A stretch of 63,498 nucleotides of DNA, filler included, from Chiloscyllium plagiosum (Eukaryota): NCBI RefSeq assembly GCF_004010195.1. It is 4 parts of one record of this genome, joined end to end, with 100 filler letters (N's around TTAATTAATTAA, not from the genome) between each part and the next. Parts side by side here need not be neighbours in the genome. Positions count along the whole stretch, not along the records: positions 32,634 to 53,887 come from NC_057710.1; positions 53,988 to 63,498 come from NC_057710.1; 2 more parts are not named here. One strand, 5' to 3'. Within the stretch, counting starts at the first letter, position 1. Every line of letters begins with the position of its first letter. This document shows positions 49,400-60,246 of the stretch, piece by piece. A program made the position numbers and the translations under genes. The notes under the pieces were generated by a model that saw only the letters and a program-made list of their open reading frames with translations, had not been told where the DNA came from and made no database searches.

Positions 49400-51460
49400 G
49401 TGATATCTTGAAAAGTATCTATATTACAAGGAGATGTTGGATATTTTAAAACATATAAAGGTGAGCAAATCCCCGGGACTTGATCAGTTGTATCCCAGAT
49501 GTTTGTGGGAAGTTAGGAAAGAGATTTCTCAGCATTTTGCTAATATATCTGTAGCATTGATTTCCACAGGTGAGGTGTCAAAAGACTGGAGGGCTGCTAA
49601 CATAGTGTCATTATTTAAGAAAGTAAGGAAAAGCCAGGTAACTATAGATCGGTGAGCCTGACGTCAATGGTGACTAAATTGTTGGAGTGGATTTTGAGGG
49701 AAAGGATATGTATGCATTTGGAAAGACAAGGACTGAAGAGGGCTTTGTACATTGGAGATCACGTTTCACTGACTCAGTGTAATCTTTTGAGGAAGTAATG
49801 AAGATGATTGATGAAGGCAGGACAGTGGATGTTGTCTTTATGGAATTCAGTAAAAAAACTTAAGTGTTCCATATGGTAGACTTGTTAGCAAGGTTAGACT
49901 GCCTGGAATCCAGGGAGAGCTCGCCATTTAGATCCAAAATTTTCTTGAATATTGGAGACAGGGTGTGACAGTGGACATTTGTTCAATTACCTTGGAGACC
50001 TATGACCAGTAGCATGCCGCAAAGATCAATGGTGGGTCCACTGCCTTTTGTCACTTATACAAATCATTTGTACTTGATATATGAAGTTTGGTCAGTAAGT
50101 TTGTAGATAATGCCAAATGTGGTGGTGTAGTCGACAGTCAAGAATAATCTCTCAGACTATAATGGGACGTTGCTTAGGTGAACTGAGAAGTAGCGGATGG
50201 AGTTTATTTTAGATAAATGTGAGGTGTTGCATTTTGGCATGACAAATCAGGGCAAGACATATAGGTAGGGTTCTGTTGAAAGTTGCCAATCATAGAGAAC
50301 TCCATTAAAATTATAGAATCCCTACAGTGACGAAACAGGCTTTTCGGCCCATCGAGGACACACCGTCCCTCTAAACAGTATCCCACTGGACAAACCCCTA
50401 CGCAATCCCTCTGAGCCTGCATTTCCCATGGCTAATCCACCTCGCCTACACATCCCTGGGTACAGTGCGCAATTGAGCATGGCCAATCTACCCTTATCTG
50501 AATATCTTTATACCGTGGGAGGAAAACATAACATCTGGAGGAAACTCATGCAGACTCCACACAGGCAAGTCATTCAAGGGTGGAATTAAATACAGATCGC
50601 TGTGCTCTGAAGTAGCAATGCTAGCCACTGAGCTACTGTGTCACCTTGTGGTGCAGGTTCTCTGTTCCTTGAAAGTGCCGTCACAGGTAGACAGCGCAGT
50701 GAAGAAGTCACTCGGTGATCTTCCCTTTATTGGTACGTGCTTTGAGTCTAAACATTTGCATGACATATTGCATCTGTACAGGACATTGGTTTGGCTACTT
50801 TTGTAATATTGCCTTTAATTCTGGTCACCCTGCTGTCAGAAAAATGTTGTCAAACTTGAAAAGGTGCAGAATAGATTTAAAAGAATGTTGCAGGTGTTGG
50901 AGGGTTAGAGTTACAGGGAGAGTTTGAATAGGCTGGGACTGTATTCAAGTGTTGAGGCTGAGGGGTGACCTTAAAGACGTTTATAAAATCATGAGGGGCA
51001 TAGATAAGGTAAACAGTCAATGTCTTTGAGGATAGTGGGTTAGTGTAGTTTAGGTGGGCTTGGATCGGCGCAACATCGAGGGCCCAAGGGCCTGTACTGC
51101 GCTGTATTCTTCTATGTTCTATGTTCTATGTAGATAAGGTAAACAGTCAATGTCTTTTCCCCAGCATTGGCGAGTCCAAAATTAGAAGACAAAGGTTTAA
51201 GGTGAGAGGGGAAAGATTTAAATAGGGACGTTTTCACACAGAGACTGTTGTGTGTATGGATTGAACAGCCAAAAGAGGTGGTGGAGGCAGGTACAGTTAC
51301 ACCATTTAAAAGGCATTTGGATGGGTATGTGCATGGGAAGTAGTTAGAGGGAGATTGGCCAAGTGCTGGCAAAGGGGACGAAATTTATTTAGGATATTTG
51401 GTCAGCATGGACGGCCGGACTGAAGAGTCTCTTTCCATGCTGTACATCTCTGAGACTCTA
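49400..51460 (+). mobile_element. Degenerate CR1 ORF2 and 3' end hosting an HE1 SINE (-, about 50313-50645) and a young CR1 tip (51028-51130)
   Basis: KSPGLDQLYPRCLWEVRKEI...DWRAANIVSLFKK; 3' tail ...gtacatctctgagactcta. Confidence 0.85.
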
Positions 51461-51710
51461 GTGCTTCTTGAGTGTATAACAAAGGAACAGGAGGAGGCTA
51501 TTCAGCTTCTGAATTCTGCCAGTCGTTCAGATTTTGATGCTTTTTTACAGATGCAGGAGAAAGGCTTTTAGTCTAGAAAAGTCGGAAAGCACGTGAAGAG
51601 GCCATTCAGTCCCTCACCTACATTCCACAGGAGCAGCAGGTGAGCACAGAGCTATCGGAGCCTGTTACACAGGCACAGGAGGCGGACATGCATTGTCTCA
51701 AACTTGGGAT

Positions 51711-51957
51711 CAGGAGGAAGCCATTCAACTGCTCGAGACTGGGACACAGGAACAGGAGGGAGTCATTCAACTGCTTGAGACTGGGACACAGGAACAGGAG
51801 GCAGTCATTCAATTACTTGAGACTGGGACATAGGAACAGGAGGGAGTCATTCAACTGCTTGAGACTGGGACACAGGAACAGGAGTCTGTCATTCAACTGT
51901 TCGAGACTGGGACACAGAAACAGGAGGCAGTCACTCAACTGTTCGAAACTGGGCCAC
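51711..51957 (+). repeat. 42-bp tandem repeat, about 6 well-conserved copies with decayed flanking units (about 51470-52050)
   Basis: Unit caggaacaggagggagtcattcaactgcttgagactgggaca. Confidence 0.92.
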
Positions 51958-52839
51958 TGGGAAATCTGTAGGAGAGTGAGCCCCCAGGATATTGTTACAC
52001 AGGAACAGGAGGAGGTGACTCACTCCCCACCAGTATGGGACACTGGGAGAAAAGGGGAGTTTGCTTGGAATAAACATAAATATATGAATAAGTTGCATTA
52101 GTGGTCCATTCAATCCTGCCCCACCATTCACTAAGACCACGTCTGATCTGATTGTGATTTCCTCATTCCATTTTTCCTTTCTGCAACCTCTGCTCCATTT
52201 GTTGGTTATGTTGCAGACCCAGATGCTGTAACAACAGTCACCATGACTCATCCAGAGGTTCGGGTCTAAGGATGAATCAGGATTTGAAGGGTCCAATCAG
52301 AAGAATGAAAACACAAAATAAAGATATTGCCAGATATTTAGTTCTCTCACATTCGCAATCAAACTCACATAACCAGCCCATCCATTATAAATTCAGAATG
52401 GAGCACTGTGTAGATCTGGTCCAGAGTGGAACTCTGTGCAGCCCACACCAATGCTTGATCTATAATCCTGGGCTAAATGTCCAGCGTGGGGAGCTGTGCA
52501 GTCCGCACTGGTCCATTTATATATAAACCCAGGCTGTTGCATTGTTCAGTAACACTGTGTTAGATCGCTGCCCAGTGTGGGGAAACTTGCAGCCAATGCT
52601 GAAAGTGACAGGATGTGCAGCTCCCATCCATTTACAGCTCCATATCTCCACTGTGCCTTGACAAGGGGTGCCATGGATGTGAAAATCACTGCAAGGGAGA
52701 GATGTAATTGGAAACAGTTCAAGTACCAGTAGTTCTGACTAAGGCGAGTATCACTGAGATAATAACTGAGATAATATCCGATAAGGTTTTGTGAATGGTG
52801 CAAGGAAGTAAGAGGGGGATAGTGATGTGATAGTGGTTG

Positions 52840-53645
52840 CACTATAAGCCTCCAAATCATCAATGGGAATTGGAGGAATAAATATGCAAGGAGACTGGTG
52901 AGAGTAGCGGGAGCAATAGGATTGTCATAATAGGTGATTTAAATTTTCCTAACATAGACTGGGATATCCCGATGGTTAAGAACTTCGATGGAACGTAATA
53001 TCTTAAGTGTGTTCGGGAAAGTTTCCACAAGTAGTATATAGAGGGTCCTACTCGGGAAGGGACAAACTCGACCTACTGTTGGGACATAGGGTAGGATAGG
53101 TAACGGAGGTAAAGCAGGGAGTATTTTGGGAAAAGTGACTAGCGTTGTATTAATACTTAAATAGTTATGGGAGGAACAAAATTGGTCCACAGACTCAAGT
53201 TCTAAATTGTGGCAAGGTGTACTTTGTTGGAATTAGACAGAAGATTGGAGGAGTTTGTTTCCAGGTAAAAGGATCCCGGGCAAGTGGGAGGGCTTCAACA
53301 GTGAGATAGCTCGAGGTCAAGGCCTGCATGTTCCTGTGAGGAGGAAGGGAAAGTGAGGCTGGAAGAGAGAACCCTGGATGACAAGAGATATTGAGGCTCT
53401 GACCAGCAAAAAGAAAACGTGGCTCAGGTACAAACAGCTGGAATCAAGAGGTACACGGGGATATAGACGTTGACTGAAGAAGGAAAACAGGAAGGCGAAA
53501 AGGGAGTATGAGATAGCCTTGGCTGAGAAGATTAGGGTGAATCCAAATTCAGTATAGCAAAGAAAAAGAACAACTAGAGAGAGAATAGGATGTCTTAAAA
53601 TCCAAAATGAGCATGCCTGTGTAAAACCTCAAGAGATGGATAAGG
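52840..53645 (+). mobile_element. CR1 endonuclease/tether fragment
   Basis: IVIIGDLNFPNIDW; EPWMTRDIEAL. Confidence 0.75.
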
Positions 53646-53663
53646 TCGTCAATTCCCCCTCTG

Positions 53664-53887
53664 GTAAAAACAATGACTGCAGATGCTGGAAACCAGATTC
53701 TGGATCAATCGTGCTGGAAGAGCACAGCAGTTCAGGCAGCATCCGAGGAGCTTCAGCAAAACCGACGTTTCGGGCAAAAGCCCTTCAAAACCAGATTCTG
53801 GATCAATCGTGCTGGAAGAGCACAGCAGTTCAGGCAGCATCCGAGGAGCTTCAGCAAAACCGACGTTTCGGGCAAAAGCCCTTCATC
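53664..53887 (-). mobile_element. Penelope terminal repeat (variant of family 1) with a perfect 98-bp tandem duplication
   Basis: 53690-53787 is identical to 53788-53885. Minus strand carries (ga)tgaagggcttttgcccgaaacgtcgg. Abuts a gap. Confidence 0.8.
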
Positions 53888-53987
53888 NNNNNNNNNNNNN
53901 NNNNNNNNNNNNNNNNNNNNNNNNNNNNNNNTTAATTAATTAANNNNNNNNNNNNNNNNNNNNNNNNNNNNNNNNNNNNNNNNNNNN
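53888..53987. other. Assembly gap with artificial linker
   Basis: 44 N + TTAATTAATTAA + 44 N. Confidence 0.95.
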
Positions 53988-54157
53988 ACCTGCACATTTT
54001 TGGACTGTGGGAGGAAACCGGAGCACCCGGAGGAAACCCACACAGACACGGGGAGAATGTGCAAACTCCACACAGACAGTCGCCTGAGGCGGGAATTGAA
54101 CCTGGGTCTCTGGCGCTGTGAGGCAGCAGTGCTAACCACTGTGCTACCGTGCCGCCC
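53988..54157 (-). mobile_element. Young HE1 SINE 5' half with intact Pol III boxes
   Basis: Minus strand gggcggcacggTAGCACAGTGGttagcactgctgcctcacagcgccagagacccaGGTTCAATTCCcgcc; CpGs retained. Confidence 0.92.
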
Positions 54158-54169
54158 ACCGGGTAATTT

Positions 54170-54630
54170 TATGTGGAACCTTTGGAAAGGGTGCAGAGGA
54201 GATTTACAAGGATGTTGCCTGGTATGGAAGGAATATCTTACGAGGAAAGGCTGAGGGCCTTGAGGCTGTTCTCATTAGAGAGAAGAAGGTTGAGAGGTAA
54301 TAGAGACATACAAGATAATCAGAGGGTTAGATAGGGTGGACAGGGAGACCCTTTTTCCAAGTATGGGAACGGCAAACATGAGGGGACATAATTTTAAAGT
54401 GAGGGGAGATAGGTATAAGTCAGAGGTAGTTTCTTTACTCAGAGAGTAGTAAGGGTTTGGAATGCTTTGCCTGCAACGGTAGTAGATTTGCCAAGTTTAA
54501 GTGCATTTAAGTCGTCATTGGACAGGCATATGGACGTACATGGAATAGTGTAGGTGGAATGGGCTTCAGATTAGTACGACAGGGCGGCGCAAGATTGAGG
54601 GCCGAAGGGCCTGTACTGTGCTGTAATGTT
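54170..54630 (+). mobile_element. Young CR1 3' end
   Basis: ggaaagggtgcagaggagatttacaaggatgttgcctgg...gagggccgaagggcctgtactgtgctgtaatgtt. Confidence 0.85.
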
Positions 54631-54809
54631 AAAATTTTTTAAAAAATTTTTTAAAAAGTTGCTGTCTGCAAAAGAAAATTGACGATGGACACGATCTGAA
54701 ATTGCTAAATTCTGTTCAAGGAAAATGAAGTGAGCCCTTGGGCTATTCTGGTTGGCAATGGAGGTTTAGAGATTGGACAGTTATGATGAAGAGAAGATGT
54801 TTAGGATCA

Positions 54810-55042
54810 GGAAAATGGAAACTGCTAAAGTGGTCTGGAGGTAAATACGTAAAGTCCTAGAGAAACTCAGCAGGTCTGACAATGTCTGCAGAAAGAGAAA
54901 CAGAATTAGAGTCCAATATGATCAATCTCAAAATATTAGTTCTGTTTCTTTTCCCACAGATACTGCCAGATGTGCTGCATTCCTCTAGTATTCTCTAGGT
55001 TTGACTCAGGTCTCCAGCATCCATAGTATTTTGCTTTTATTA
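54810..55042. mobile_element. Old fold-back Penelope-derived terminal element
   Basis: ctcagcaggtctgacaatgtctgcagaaagagaaacagaa is mirrored by ttctgtttcttttcccacagatactgccagatgtgctg; ends ctccagcatccatagtattttgctttt. Confidence 0.55.
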
Positions 55043-56724
55043 AAATGTGGGAGGGCACTGTAAGAAGCAAGTGGGCAAGGGGAGAAAGATCGACATGAGA
55101 TAAAAATAAAGCAGTTCTGTTGGACAAGAGCTGGCTGAAATGATATGGTCATACACCGGCTGACAAGCTTAGTAGATGCTATTTGACAAACTAATGACTA
55201 CATTGCTGAACACCAACACTTAGCTCTTATCTACCCCTGGACAATGTCCTCACCAGTAAACATCCAGCCATCAATGGTATGACTGTTCTTCATCTCCACC
55301 ACGCTCATCCCCTCTGGACACCATCAAATGATGGCCAGTCGTTACATAGGACAGAATCTCAATGGAAGAGAATCATACATTATGAGGAGTCCTGGATTTA
55401 TGAACATCCAATTTACTTAAGAACACAATCCCATACAGTAGTGTAATTTTAAAGACCAAATGTATGAATATTTCCTGTACTTATGAATGCCTGCTTTACG
55501 TTGTCCTGTGTTGTATTTCGATCAGTATACAAATTGACTTGTGAGCGGACTCTAGAATAGAACACAATTGCAACCTGGGGACTGCCTGTAGTGGTTCAGG
55601 AGCCTGGTTGTAATTGTTGGGTTATTTTGTCACTCAGTCACTATCATGCTTCTGGGTTTATTATTTCTTTGCTTCTTCCTTTTGCCATAGAGCATCTTCT
55701 CTTCTGCTATTGTCTCTCCAACCTAACACAGTCCTTTTCCTTTCTTTTATCCTCTCCTTTTCCCCCTCACCTCTTTTTACATATTGGGATGAAAGGTCAT
55801 TGAAGTGCTGCTCTTCGCTCTAAAAGTGCTGCCAGCAGTTTCTGTTTTGCTTTCAGGTTTCCAGCATTCATGGTATTTATGATTTTATTTTTCAAATTTA
55901 AGTTGAGCATGCGCTGAGTGTCTCAACTAACAACATCTCTTATTAAGTCCAAGTCTGAAAGTTGACAATTTATAGTCTTCACTAGTAGTGAGGTAATGAA
56001 TTGGAAAGGAAAAAGAACTGCGTCAACTAAAGATTTTCTGCAAGTGTTAATTTGTATATGGGGGTCAATGAATCACTCTTGTTCTTCCCAGCAGGGAGTT
56101 GCACTTCTGTTTGCAGAACAACATTACAATATAGCTGCTCTATCTCACACTTGCTTTCACTGAGTGCAGATTCCCTTGGGAGTGTGTGAGTGCATGTTGA
56201 CTGCAAGACAGGAAAACAAAACAATTACATTTTTGGCTGTACCGAAAACATAGTCATTGAAATCCTCAAGTGGCTCACTTGATAAGTATAGACCTAAGCT
56301 ATGCCCAGATTTTATCACCAGACTGTGCACTGGGGGTACACTATCATTAGTCCTAGCAGCCAAGAGTGGGGTGAAGATAGAAATGAACCTGTGTTCCACT
56401 GCTGCTAGCTGCCCACTGACTCTTGCCTGAAGGTGTTTTTTTGTCGAATATGGGTGATGATATTTGTCAGCTAGTTTTGATGTTACCTCAGAAATATGGA
56501 TTTAAAAAAAAATAAATTCTGGGTTTTGTGTTGTTGCTTAGATTCCAGCTAAGGGAGACAATTACAAAGCGTTACAGTAATGTAGTGTTCTGGTGCAAAG
56601 GTATCTTAGCCTGCAATCAGATTCTCAGTACATTTGGATTCAGTGTAGTACAGTCAATTATGTACTTGTAACACAGCAGAGTCAATAAGCAAGCAAGTTC
56701 CAAGACTTATGGCAATGTGAAGAG

Positions 56725-59300
56725 AATCACAGGATCATTGTATCATATAGATTACAAGAGGCCCTTTGGCCCATCAAGCCAACACCAATTAAACTCCCTT
56801 CAATCTACACTAATTGCACTTCCCAGCACTTGGCTCATATCCATGAATATTATGACATTTCAAATTCTCATCTGAATATTTTTTAAAGGTTGTGAGGTTT
56901 CCCATCTAGATTATCCTCCCAGTGGTGCTTTCCAGACCCCACCAATCTCTGGGTAAAAATATTTCCCTCAGATCTTGTCTAAAATTTCTGCCTGTCACTT
57001 TAAAATTATACCCCCTCATTATTGACCCTCCAATTAAAGGGAACAGATGCTCTCTATCCACCCTGTCCATGCTCCTCATAATCATATACACCTTAGGTCT
57101 TCTCTGCTCCACGAAAACAACCAAAGCTTATCCACCCTCTCTTCATCGCTAAACCACTCCAATTCATTATTGAGGATGAGATTGTGTAGTATTTGGAAGT
57201 GAATGGCAAAATAGGGCTGAGTCAGCATGACTTCATCAAGGGGAGGTCTTGCCTGACAAATCTGTTAGTGTTCTTTGAGGAGGTAAAGACAAAATTAGAC
57301 AAAGGGGAGTCAGTGGATGTGATGTATTTAGATTTCCAGAAGGCCTATGATAAGGTGCCACTCAGGAGGCTGCTAAATAAGATATGAGCCCACGATGTTA
57401 GGGGAAAAGTAATGGCATGGATAAGGGATTGGGTGACTGGCAGAAAGCAGAGAGGATAAATGGACCTTTTTCAGGATGGCAGCTGATTTGTGGAGTTCTA
57501 CAGGGATCAGTACAGGGATCATAATTATTCACACTACACCATAACAAACTGGACAAAGGAACAGAGGTATTGTTGCAGAGTTTGCAGATAACACTAAGAT
57601 AGGTGGACGGACAGGTAGTGTTGAGGGAGTGGGCATGCTGCAGAAGGATTTGGACTGGCTGGGAGAGTGGACGAAGACGTCGCAGATGGAATACAATGTG
57701 GGAAAGTGTGAATTTATACACATTGATATGAAGAATAGAGGCATAGACTATTTTCTAAAGGTCGAAAGGCTTCAGCAATCTAAAGCACAAAGGGAGTCAT
57801 GGGAGTCATAGTTCAGGATTCTGTTAAGGTTAACATCTAGGTCCAGTTGGCAGTGAGGAAGGCAAATGCAGCGTTAGCACTTATTTCAAGAGGACGAGTA
57901 CATGGGAGCAGGGATGTACTGCTGAGGCTACATAAGGCTCTGGTCAGATAGTATTTGGAAGATTGTGAGTAGTTTTATGCCCTGTATCTAAGGACTGGTG
58001 TGTTGGCCTTGGAGGGGTCCAGAGGAGGTTTATAAGAATGATCCCAGGGATATAGGGCTTGTCATATAAGGAGCAGGAGATTTGATTTGGTTTGATTTTA
58101 TTATTGTCACATGTCTGAGATACAGTAAAAAGTGTTACTTTTCAGACCAATCATACCATACATAAAAACATCAGGACTCTGTGTCTCCACTCATGGAGTA
58201 TAAAAGAATGGGGGTGGGGGGAGGTGCAGGGAATCTGATTGAAACTTATAGAATACTGAGAGGCCTGGATAGAGTGGACATGGAGAAGATGTTTCCACTA
58301 ATAGGAGAGCCTAGAAACTAAGGGCACAGGCTCAGAGCGAGGGATTGACTCTTTAAAACTGAGATGAGGAGGAAGTTCTCCAGTCATTGAGTCATTGATA
58401 TATATCACGGAAACAATCCCTTCAGTCCAACTCATCCAGACCGACCAGATTTACCAACCTAAGCTAATCCCACTTGCCTGCATTTGGCTTATATCCCTCT
58501 AAACCTTTCCTGTTTGTGTACCTGTCCAAACATCTTTTAAATGTTGTAACTGTACCACTGTAATTGTTGCGTCTACCACTTCCCTTTGGCAGTTACGTCC
58601 ACATATGAACCACCTTCTGTATGATAATGTTGCCCTTCAGGATCTTGTTAAATCTTACTCAGTTTAAAAGTATACCTTCTAGTTTTGAATTCCTCTACCC
58701 TAGGGAAAAGACTTTTGCTATTCACCTTATTCATGCTCCTCGTGACTTTATAAACCACTATAAGGTCATCCCTCAACCTCTACTCTCCAGTGAAAAGAGT
58801 CCCACCAGATATTTGGCTGTGGAGGCCAAATCATTGAATGTATTTAAGACAGAAATATATAGGCTCTTGATTAGTAAAGGGGCCAATGATTATGGGGAGA
58901 AGGCAGGAGAATGGGGTTGAGAAACATATCAACCACGATCAAATGATGAAACAGACTCAATGGGACAATTGGTATAATTCTGCTTCTATATCTTATGGTC
59001 TTATCCCAGGCAACATCTTAGTGAATCTCTTCTGCGCCTTGTCCAATGATATTACATCCTTGCTATAGTTTGGCAATTAGAATTAGATTAGATTAGATTC
59101 CCTACAGTGTGGAAACAGGCCCTTCAGCCCAACCAGCCCACACTGACTCTCCAAAGAGTAACCCACCCAGACCCATTTCCCTCTGACTAATGCACCTAAC
59201 ACTATGGGCAATTTAGCATGGCCAATTCACCTGGCCTGCACATCTTTGGATTGTGGGAGAAAACCATTGCACACAGAACTTCAGCTATGGTCTAACCAAA
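56725..59300. mobile_element. Multi-layer nest of CR1 elements, a Rex1/Babar-like tail and HE1
   Basis: CR1(-) 56725-57162 resumes near 59003. CR1(+) 57165-59000 is split by a tttattattgtcacatgt tail (about 58080-58170) and by CR1(-) at about 58385-58805. HE1(-) at about 59082-59270. Confidence 0.7.
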
Positions 59301-60246
59301 GGAGGTAGTGTTAATACATTTCAAGGCATCTGCCTCAATAATAATCCAATTGCTGTGGTATATGTTACATGAGGTAATGCATAGGGCATAACTCAGACCA
59401 TATCATACAGCCAACAGTGTTAGATCCTAGAAACCATGCTATAATGGCACATCAATAGGTTCATTTATAAAGTAGGCTGCTTGTGGATATAGTGTCTGAA
59501 AATGTGTAATCTAGAATCAATTAACACCATCAAAAGGGAAGTAAAGCTTTGAGAAAGAGGAAGAACAGTATTTTTATTGAACTCTTCTTTTTACGAGAAT
59601 AACATCTTTTGCTGTTTAAGATACCTCCACAGTTCCTTCACTCACGAAATGTTGCTTTAACCAGCCTTAACTGCCACTTACCCACTTTTGGGTAGAGGAT
59701 CTGGTCTGTAGCAATTCTTTGGAGAGAAAGGAGCACTGAAAATCACGGAAGGAAAAATAAACCTGATTATTAATTCCAAGCATCATACTTGTCTATCATT
59801 CTATTAACTTTCATTGCCACCTCTCTGAGGTCATGTTGCCATTTCATAGGCTCACTGTCAGTAACAGCGAGGCCTGAGCTCTTTCTCTGGTGGGAATGCC
59901 TAATTCCAAGTGACAACATTGGATAGCAAAATATCATCATTTCTTCAAGGGTATAAGACCTTGGACTGGAAAGATCTATTTGACAGGACAGTATGCTTCA
60001 AATATATTTGAGATTTATCTATTTCTAAAGCTAAAGGTATTTCATAATCTATAGAAGTAGAATATTTTGCTATTGTCAGTGTAATTACATTAAAACAACA
60101 GAGTCATATAAAAGAATGAAAAAATGTAAATTATACTCCTTTTTGTTCAGTAAAGTTATGTCTTTTGGGCTAACTTTCTTGTATGGCATCATTGGGAATG
60201 ATACTTGTTTGTGATTGACTATTTGAGTTATTTTTACATATATATC

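Noticed and set aside
51711..51957. CRISPR-like array, or a 14-aa repeat protein (ORF 51640-52101)
   Set aside because: Units are contiguous with no unique spacers, there are no cas genes, and the context is vertebrate. The ORF is open only because 42 is a multiple of 3.
54085..54157. tRNA gene
   Set aside because: The A and B boxes run straight into the HE1 SINE body; this is a tRNA-derived head, not a tRNA.
54629..54657. AT palindrome ttaaaaaattttttaa; also (AT)n near 43215-43237
   Set aside because: Low-complexity tail or microsatellite, expected by chance.
56157..56399. 80-aa ORF as an exon of a neighbouring gene (for example FHOD3, the neighbour of TPGS2 in mammals)
   Set aside because: No recognisable homology or convincing splice context, and no FHOD3 C-terminal motif was found in the window.
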